From Bacteriovoracia bacterium (lineage in GTDB: Bacteria; Bdellovibrionota; UBA1018; JBFWNL01), in the NCBI GenBank assembly GCA_050251055.1, contig JBFWNL010000002.1, forward strand, positions 64,001 to 128,000: 64,000 nucleotides of DNA, written 5' to 3'. Both the position numbers and the translations under genes were made by a program. Positions within the stretch are counted from its first letter, which is position 1. The number at the start of each line of letters is the position of its first letter. A model generated the notes under the pieces. That model was not told the origin of the DNA, searched no databases, and was given only the letters and a program-made list of their open reading frames with translations. Below are positions 57,508 to 64,000 of this stretch, in pieces.

Positions 57508-58212
57508 TTACTTGAGTCGGGTAATGCGTTCAACGACTGCATCAATATAGACTCTGGCGGGCGTGGGCTCCAGCTTCTTTTGCGGAATATGCCGGGCCCG
57601 GCGAAATTTCGGGGCAGGCTTCTGCTTACTGAGACGATCAAACTTTCCTGGTCCCATCAGGTAGGCGGCAAAGACGGAAGAGGACTTCCCCTTATATCGG
57701 CCCCGAAGATAAGCCAGATAACCCACCCCCAGCGACAGGTTAATGAAGGGATCTCGTAGTTTTTCCCTAACTTCGGCTTCGCTGCCCAGGTCGATGCCCT
57801 TGCGGGCCGCAATGAAGAGGGCGGTCTTCGGCATGAGCTGCATCAGCCCAATGGCACCCTTGCTGGAAACCGCATCCGTCCGAAAACTGCTCTCGATATG
57901 GATCAGGGCCAAGATCACACCGGGATCTACGGAGTAGCGGACACAGAGTTTTTCGAGGTGTCTCGCCAGGTGAAGACGAGTGCGCGCGTTCATCCGCGGC
58001 AAGGCGGCTTCCAACGCCAAAGGCACCCGGTCAAATGGTACCGTGGGCTTTTCCAGGTAGGTCCATTGACGATTCGGTGCGGGGGCGTAGCCCCAATGTA
58101 TCGCTTCACGTCGGGGGCTGGGCGTGGAGTTCGCCAAAGACATTGCCACCAACTGAAAGCCCACCACCCACGGCAGTTTCGAGCCAAGGAGGCGTTGATT
58201 CAAAAGTTTCAA
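57508..58212 (-). CDS. Lytic transglycosylase (SLT domain)
   Basis: IHIESSF, AVSSKGAIGLMQLMP, DPFINL; start uncertain (TTG). Confidence 0.85.
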   Translation of the reverse strand: MKLLNQRLLGSKLPWVVGFQLVAMSLANSTPSPRREAIHWGYAPAPNRQWTYLEKPTVPFDRVPLALEAALPRMNARTRLHLARHLEKLCVRYSVDPGVILALIHIESSFRTDAVSSKGAIGLMQLMPKTALFIAARKGIDLGSEAEVREKLRDPFINLSLGVGYLAYLRGRYKGKSSSVFAAYLMGPGKFDRLSKQKPAPKFRRARHIPQKKLEPTPARVYIDAVVERITRLK

Positions 58213-58266
58213 GCCCTGGCCGTGTACCCAAGCGTCCCATCCCTGTAAAGAAATAGGCCTACTGCG

Positions 58267-58752
58267 TCAGAAAGAATCCCGCGCACCCGAAAGCGGGAGC
58301 GTCATAACGTAAGCGTCTTCTCCGTCCGAGTAAAACGCTTTGCGGACGTGAGTAACTGTAAACTGGGACTTTTGATACAGCTGCAAAGCGGCTGCGTTAG
58401 ACTTCCTCACCTCGAGTTGGATCTGCTTTAAATCCGCTCGGAGTGCTTCATTTATGACGCTTCGTATTAGTTTAATGCCGTACCCGAGCCCCCGATGCGC
58501 TAGATCCACGGCCACGGTAAGAATTTCGGCTCCCTCCGGAAGCAGCCAAAAAACGACATAACCCAATATCCGGGAGTCGGTTTCATCATCCGTAAGCACC
58601 CAAGCCCTCGCATAGGGCTTGGAGAGTTCCCCTCGAAACCCTTCCACCGTCCATGGCGCCTTTTGCACGCGCGCGTCGATCTCGGCCATCTGCGTGAGAT
58701 CGTCGTCCGTCGCGGGACGAATGCTTTGGGAGTCGTTTTGGGTTTCGGACAT
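58267..58752 (-). CDS. rimI: Ribosomal protein S18 alanine N-acetyltransferase
   Basis: PW, AV...HRGLGYG, LEVRKSNAAALQLY, RKAFYSDGEDAYVM. Confidence 0.9.
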   Translation of the reverse strand: MSETQNDSQSIRPATDDDLTQMAEIDARVQKAPWTVEGFRGELSKPYARAWVLTDDETDSRILGYVVFWLLPEGAEILTVAVDLAHRGLGYGIKLIRSVINEALRADLKQIQLEVRKSNAAALQLYQKSQFTVTHVRKAFYSDGEDAYVMTLPLSGARDSF

Positions 58753-58787
58753 ACCGGGTCTGTACCCTCAATCCGACCCCACGGCAA

Positions 58788-60173
58788 TCAGGGTAAAAAG
58801 CCGTCGCAGGTAGATTCGTCGTACTTCGTGGGCTGGGTACCCATATCCTTTCGAAACCGATAGGTGCCTCGCGCATACTCCTGGACTCTCTCGGTGGGAT
58901 AATCCGCCTGGGTAGCGATTTCAAAGGGCGTGAAAGAATCCGTCACCCGCAACGACTCTTGTACGGAACCGGCGACCGTGAGGCCGCTAAATTCGTACCA
59001 GTGACGATAGGCGCGCGATACCATGACCGGCTGATCGTCGCCCTCCCCGCCCCGGCCTACGCGGCGGTATTCAATCCAACTGTGAGTGACGTCCATAGGG
59101 GGAGAAATATTGCACATCCCAGTGCCGCGCGGTCCTTTTAAGATCCATTGGATTCTGGCCGTGGCCCCCATCGGCAGTTCAAACCGAAGCCATCCCTGCC
59201 CGACGTCCCGCAAGGGAATCGCCTCCCCGGTTGGCTCCTGACGAACTGCCAGCTGGAATCGGGACGTACGATAGGCCCGCCGATGATACAGGGTTTCCGG
59301 GTCCGGCGGAGCGTGCGTATGACCCCGATACGAATGAATGGTGGTCACATAGCCGAGTTCAAAATCGGCGGAACTCCTTACCCAAACCGCCGCCGGTGAA
59401 TACGAGCGGTTTGAAATAGTCTGTTCAGCGCCGACGCCGGCCTGGTCCGCGAGAGCCGACCGGAAAGCATCGAGCGAACCATATTGCACCCATTCACGGG
59501 GCGCGGTCAGGGAGACATAGGGCGCCGATCGCACGGCTTGAAACTGGAGGCGCACCCTCACTTTTCTCTCCCCAGGCAAAGAGAGATCCAAACCGACAAA
59601 ATACTTTGCCGTAGGGTCCACTTGGGCGGGATTCAAGGCGCCGCCCATGCCAACAATATCGAGCAAATTCAGGTAGAACCGATCTCCTTCCCGGCTGGCC
59701 ACGTGAGTCCAATCACTACGAACCAACTGCCGGCGCACATCTTCCCTCTCGGCAAAGTAAGTTGCCGACGAGATTGTTTGTCCGTCGATCACATCCGGCC
59801 AAGCCAAGAAAATGGGGACGGCCGTCTCCTTCCCCGTCGGCGCCACTCCCTTCAAGACGATCGGCACGTAAACTGGCCGCTTGAAGTGGATTTCATCCCG
59901 CTGCACCACGAAGTTTTCTTCTTCGGGTTCAACCAAGATTTTCCCGAAGTCCGGCTGAGCTTGATCTTTCTGACTTGCCGCCACGACCATCGGCCGCAAA
60001 GTCAAGGCGATCTGCTCCGCCCCCGCCGGAGGAGGTGCTGGCGCCAGCGCCTCGGCCTGTCGGCGGGGGGTACCGCCGCACGCACTCAGGATTAAAAGAC
60101 CAATCCCAATCTCCAGCCCATACCCCAGCTGGCTTTGGTGAATTCTACGAAACGCGTTTTTGACTTTGTACAT
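58788..60173 (-). CDS. Hypothetical lipoprotein
   Basis: AGGAGG RBS, lipobox LSAC, beta-rich body; no family recognised. Confidence 0.6.
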   Translation of the reverse strand: MYKVKNAFRRIHQSQLGYGLEIGIGLLILSACGGTPRRQAEALAPAPPPAGAEQIALTLRPMVVAASQKDQAQPDFGKILVEPEEENFVVQRDEIHFKRPVYVPIVLKGVAPTGKETAVPIFLAWPDVIDGQTISSATYFAEREDVRRQLVRSDWTHVASREGDRFYLNLLDIVGMGGALNPAQVDPTAKYFVGLDLSLPGERKVRVRLQFQAVRSAPYVSLTAPREWVQYGSLDAFRSALADQAGVGAEQTISNRSYSPAAVWVRSSADFELGYVTTIHSYRGHTHAPPDPETLYHRRAYRTSRFQLAVRQEPTGEAIPLRDVGQGWLRFELPMGATARIQWILKGPRGTGMCNISPPMDVTHSWIEYRRVGRGGEGDDQPVMVSRAYRHWYEFSGLTVAGSVQESLRVTDSFTPFEIATQADYPTERVQEYARGTYRFRKDMGTQPTKYDESTCDGFLP

Positions 60174-60211
60174 TTTGAGTGATTCCTCCTACGCATTGAA
60201 TCCTCAGCTTG

Positions 60212-60227
60212 AGCAAATCCGGGACCA
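60212..60227 (-). promoter_or_regulatory. Putative sigma-54 promoter
   Basis: Minus strand TGGTCCCGGATTTGCT with exact -24/-12 spacing, upstream of the 60173 lipoprotein. Confidence 0.65.
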
Positions 60228-60335
60228 GGACGAAGCGGCGAAATCACCCATATTTTGGCCCTTTCTGGCGGGGTTTAGCGGCAAACTTGAAAAACTCGGT
60301 TCGAATTCGAACCCGGAGTGTGCTAGGTTCGCCAA

Positions 60336-62180
60336 ATGGCTGCCTCGAACCTAACCCCCGGTAAATCCGCTCCCACTTCGGTAAAAGACTTCGACGAACC
60401 GGAGATCCACTCCGACGTCGACCGTATGCGCCACTCCTGCGCGCATATCATGGCCCACGCGATTCAAAAGCTCTGGCCGAAGGCAAAGTTCGGCATCGGC
60501 CCCACCGTCGAAAATGGCTTCTATTATGATGTCGACTTCAGCGGCACGGCGGCCGGCGGGGGCCCCGACGGAGGAGTCAAGCTGACTCCGGAAGACCTGC
60601 CCAAAATTGAGGCTGAGATGAAAAAGATCATCAAGGCCAACCAGAAGTTTATCCGCCAGGAGCACGCGGTTGCCGACGCGATCACGATGTTCAAGAAGCT
60701 GGACCAACCGTTCAAGGTTGAAATCATCGAAAACCTGCGCGACCAAACCGGTGCGGCCAGTGTGAGCACTTACCAGGAAGGCGATTTCGTCGATCTTTGT
60801 CGCGGACCGCACGTGGACAAGACGGGCGACATGGGAGCGTACAAGCTCACATCGATCGCCGGCGCTTACTGGCGTGGCAACGAGAAAAATCCGCAGCTCC
60901 AGCGCATCTATGGAGTAGCGTTTGCGACGCAGGCAGAACTGGACGAATACCTACGCTTGCTCGAAGAAGCCAAGAAGCGCGACCACCGGAAGCTCGGCAA
61001 AGAGATGGATCTCTTTAGTTTCATCCCCGAGGCCCCTGCGAGCCCGTTTTTCCACCCGAAGGGAACGATCGTCTATAACGGTCTCACGAACTTGATGCGC
61101 ATGCAGTACGGGCCCTACGGCTACGACGAAGTTATCACGCCGCAGATCATGGATGTGAAGTTCTGGCACCAAAGCGGCCACTACGAGAATTATCGCGACG
61201 CCATGTACTTCACGGAAGTGGACGAACGCGAATTCGCGATGAAGCCGATGAACTGCCCGGGTCACACCTTTATTTTCGGATCCCAGAAACGCTCGTACCG
61301 CGATCTGCCGATTCGCTACGCTGATTTCGGCCGCTTGCACCGCTACGAGAAGTCAGGCGTAACGGCGGGCCTCACGCGCGTGCGCACGTTCTGTCAAGAC
61401 GACGCCCACATCTTTTGCACGGCGGACCAGATCGAGACCGAGATCGACAAGGTCGTGCAGATGATCCTGAAAACCTACGCGCTCTTTGACTTCAATGACG
61501 TAAAGATCTACCTCTCCACCCGACCAGAAAAGCGGGTCGGCGGCGATGCGCTTTGGGACACGGCCGAAGGCGCGCTGAAGAAAGTGCTCGACAAGCTTGG
61601 GCGCCCCTATGAAATCAACGCCGGCGACGGCGCCTTTTACGGCCCGAAAATCGACTTCAACGTGCGCGACGCGCTCAAGCGCTACCACCAGCTGGGCACC
61701 ATCCAGCTCGACTTCAACATGCCGGATCGTTTTGATCTCAACTATACGGGGCAAGACAACGCCCCCCATCGCCCCGTGATGGTTCATCGTGCGGTGCTGG
61801 GCTCGATCGAGCGCTTTATGGGAATTTTGATCGAGCACCTTGCCGGCGCATTCCCTTTCTGGCTCACGCCCGTGCAGGCACGCCTGATTCCGATCAAAGA
61901 CACCCACGTTGGCTACTGCAAGACCTTTCTCGAGCAGCTCAAGGCTGCGGGTTTCCGCGTCGAGAGCGATGAGCGCAACGAGTCCATGGGGCTGAAAACG
62001 CGTGAAGCGCAGATGGCGAAAATCCCTTATTCGCTCGTGGCTGGCGATCGCGAAGCGGCCGAGGGTAAGTTCTCCGTGCGCAAGTATGGCGAGAAGGAAT
62101 CGAAAGTCATGAGTCAGGATGAGCTCATGGCACTCTTCAAAGACCTCGCACGCGAGCCGCTTAAAGTTTTGCAAAACTAA
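60336..62180 (+). CDS. thrS: Threonine--tRNA ligase (no N-terminal TGS domain)
   Basis: HSCAH, DLCRGPH, RDHRKLG, KPMNCP, GAFYGPKID, HRAVLGSIERF. Confidence 0.97.
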   Translation: MAASNLTPGKSAPTSVKDFDEPEIHSDVDRMRHSCAHIMAHAIQKLWPKAKFGIGPTVENGFYYDVDFSGTAAGGGPDGGVKLTPEDLPKIEAEMKKIIKANQKFIRQEHAVADAITMFKKLDQPFKVEIIENLRDQTGAASVSTYQEGDFVDLCRGPHVDKTGDMGAYKLTSIAGAYWRGNEKNPQLQRIYGVAFATQAELDEYLRLLEEAKKRDHRKLGKEMDLFSFIPEAPASPFFHPKGTIVYNGLTNLMRMQYGPYGYDEVITPQIMDVKFWHQSGHYENYRDAMYFTEVDEREFAMKPMNCPGHTFIFGSQKRSYRDLPIRYADFGRLHRYEKSGVTAGLTRVRTFCQDDAHIFCTADQIETEIDKVVQMILKTYALFDFNDVKIYLSTRPEKRVGGDALWDTAEGALKKVLDKLGRPYEINAGDGAFYGPKIDFNVRDALKRYHQLGTIQLDFNMPDRFDLNYTGQDNAPHRPVMVHRAVLGSIERFMGILIEHLAGAFPFWLTPVQARLIPIKDTHVGYCKTFLEQLKAAGFRVESDERNESMGLKTREAQMAKIPYSLVAGDREAAEGKFSVRKYGEKESKVMSQDELMALFKDLAREPLKVLQN

Positions 62181-62353
62181 GCGGAATCAAACTTAGAGGA
62201 TCTCCTTACTGAGTAATTCACTCAGTGACTTTGCAAATTTCGCAACAATTATGGCCTTAGACAGCGTGATGCCATAACGCAGGCGGCCATTTTCGCGCAA
62301 TTACGCCGCTTGCTGCAACGCGAGGTTTAGCTTATGACTCGGCCCGGGGATTT

Positions 62354-63520
62354 ATGAAACGGGATTGGGGCTCCACTATCATCTTTAAAATCATCATTAA
62401 CAGCGTGCTCATGTCGCTGCTCTTGATCGTCGCGCTGGTGAACGGAGCGTTCAGCGGAAACGCACGCGATCTCGTGGCCCACGAAAACGAGTTTCTTCCC
62501 ACCGATCGCCGACTCGGTGAACCCACTACCGCCGAACTCGAGGCCCTCGGTCTCCACTACCCGCCCCTTCCCGAAGTCCTCGGTGAGTATCGGATGGGAG
62601 ATTCCGGTGAACGCGCCTGGCTACTGCGTCGAGGCGACGAGGTGACTTTGATCGACGAGCAGCGTATCGCCGATGAAACGGGATTCCTTACGGTTAGCCT
62701 GCCCAGCGGTTTTTCCCCGGATTGCGAAGTTAAAGTCGGGATCGCGCAGGCACGCCGTGGAATCTTCGATGATCGACTCTGCCGCTTCTTTCGGCAGCCC
62801 GAACGGGATCTCCCCGCACTCGTCGCCTATCGATTGGAAAATGCGACGCTTTGGCTGTCCGCAGGGGAGAAACTCCCCAGCGACGGAGCCTTGGCAATCG
62901 ACGGTGAACCCAGCGTAATGCTTCGACGTGCGGAAGACGCCACTTACCTGCGGGAAGTTCTCGAGGAAGCCGAGCCCATTGCGCCTTTGACTCTGCGTCG
63001 GCTCGAAGCCCTGCTTCGACAGGTCATCCAAGAGTCCTACCCAGAGCTCGTCCCGCTGCGAATCTCTCTGAAACCCATGAGGTCCAAGGAGGATTTTTTC
63101 AAGAGCGACGTGGAGGCCATCACCCTGGTTCGCTCCAAGGAAAACCGCCATTATCGCGTGTTCTTCAACGAAAAACTTTTCCAAGACTCGCCCAGCGAAG
63201 CCGCCATCCGCGCGATCCTAGCGCACGAGCTGAGCCATATCCAAGACTACTACCAGAAATACGCAGGCCGGATGATTCGGTTCGCGCTTTGGTACCTCAC
63301 TTCTGACGCATCTCAATACGAACACGCCACCGACCGCACGGCTATCGATCTGGGTTACGCCCGCGGACTCAAAGCCTATCGTGCGTGGCTTTACAAGCAG
63401 CTGACGCCAAAGATCGAAGCCAAAAAACGACGTGTTTACTATACTCCCGAAGAAATCGACGAGCTGATCGGAACCCGGCAGCGCTCACTCGACACAATCA
63501 ACGCACTGAATCAATACTAA
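62354..63520 (+). CDS. Hypothetical exported protein with HEXXH zinc-metallopeptidase (M48-like) C-terminal domain
   Basis: N-terminal hydrophobic helix; AILAHELSH followed by YEHATD. Confidence 0.55.
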   Translation: MKRDWGSTIIFKIIINSVLMSLLLIVALVNGAFSGNARDLVAHENEFLPTDRRLGEPTTAELEALGLHYPPLPEVLGEYRMGDSGERAWLLRRGDEVTLIDEQRIADETGFLTVSLPSGFSPDCEVKVGIAQARRGIFDDRLCRFFRQPERDLPALVAYRLENATLWLSAGEKLPSDGALAIDGEPSVMLRRAEDATYLREVLEEAEPIAPLTLRRLEALLRQVIQESYPELVPLRISLKPMRSKEDFFKSDVEAITLVRSKENRHYRVFFNEKLFQDSPSEAAIRAILAHELSHIQDYYQKYAGRMIRFALWYLTSDASQYEHATDRTAIDLGYARGLKAYRAWLYKQLTPKIEAKKRRVYYTPEEIDELIGTRQRSLDTINALNQY

Positions 63521-63612
63521 TCGCCCCTGCTTAATCCCCGAGGGTTGCGTAATCACGGGCTCTAGGGGTAGAACACGCGCAACTGAATACGGGGAAGCAA
63601 ATGGAGGGAAGA

Positions 63613-64000
63613 ATGAACCGATCGCTTTCGAAGCAGCTCGCACTGACCGCGTTGACCTTATTTTTGGGGAATGGCCTTACGCACGACATGCGCGCCCACG
63701 CGGATGACCCGGTGAATCCACCGGATTTTCGCACGCTGCAGGTTTCGGCCTATCTCATGGGCCCCGGAAACGCCAACAATCCGGTCTACCGCGGCTGGAA
63801 AGACACGACGGAGTTCATGAAGGACGTAACGATCTTCGACAAACTCGTAGATCGCGTCCAGAACGTGGTTTGCAGCTCCGAACAGAATAAAGGCGTGCTC
63901 CTCATCGGCGACCCTTCGGAAGCCTACCGTTATCTTTTCGCCCGGATGGCTTCGAACCCGCAAGTCGGCACGGCCTCCAAGAAATGCGCCAACATGTGGC
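63613..64000 (+). CDS. Secreted protein, 5' part (runs off window end)
   Basis: GGAGG RBS, ATG 63613, MNRSLSKQLALTALTLFLG...AHA signal peptide, open frame to window end. Confidence 0.65.
   Translation, partial: MNRSLSKQLALTALTLFLGNGLTHDMRAHADDPVNPPDFRTLQVSAYLMGPGNANNPVYRGWKDTTEFMKDVTIFDKLVDRVQNVVCSSEQNKGVLLIGDPSEAYRYLFARMASNPQVGTASKKCANMW

Noticed and set aside
60292-60320. tRNA fragment (GGTTCGAAT resembles a T-loop)
   Set aside because: No acceptor, D or anticodon stems can be formed; better explained as a palindrome.

Overview
GC-rich (about 60% by eye), gene-dense bacterial chromosome segment. The gene types (FecR-only exported proteins, GYF-like membrane anchor, DUF4360 protein, heme-porin fusion, sigma-54 promoters before secreted orphans) suggest a Bdellovibrionota/Oligoflexia-like organism; this is inference only. 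The housekeeping backbone is nadB (partial), alr, mlaF-like, dciA, leuS-lptE-holA, nrdAB with tandem NrdR boxes, aas-like, thiolase, mutL-miaA, ppsR-ilvE, rimI-slt-hisC-cmk-GT9-hldA and thrS. I saw no rRNA, tRNA, CRISPR array, prophage or IS. Three things stand out. (1) A six-gene, translationally coupled minus-strand operon (43918-51049) in which a PstS-type phosphate-binding protein and an OprO/P-type porin flank 7 CxxCH heme motifs spread over two cytochrome lipoproteins and a Cyc2-like heme-porin fusion, plus YceI. This is a candidate phosphate-linked outer-membrane redox system. (2) A 1090-aa Lat-like class III aminotransferase-GNAT-inactive aminotransferase fusion that looks like a single-chain pseudo-dimer, coupled to a C45 (IAT-like) Ntn enzyme (29214-33516). 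(3) Directly upstream of it, a 94% AT patch with a strong sigma-70 promoter and a perfect 19-bp inverted repeat. All family assignments come from motif recognition by eye; no searches were run.
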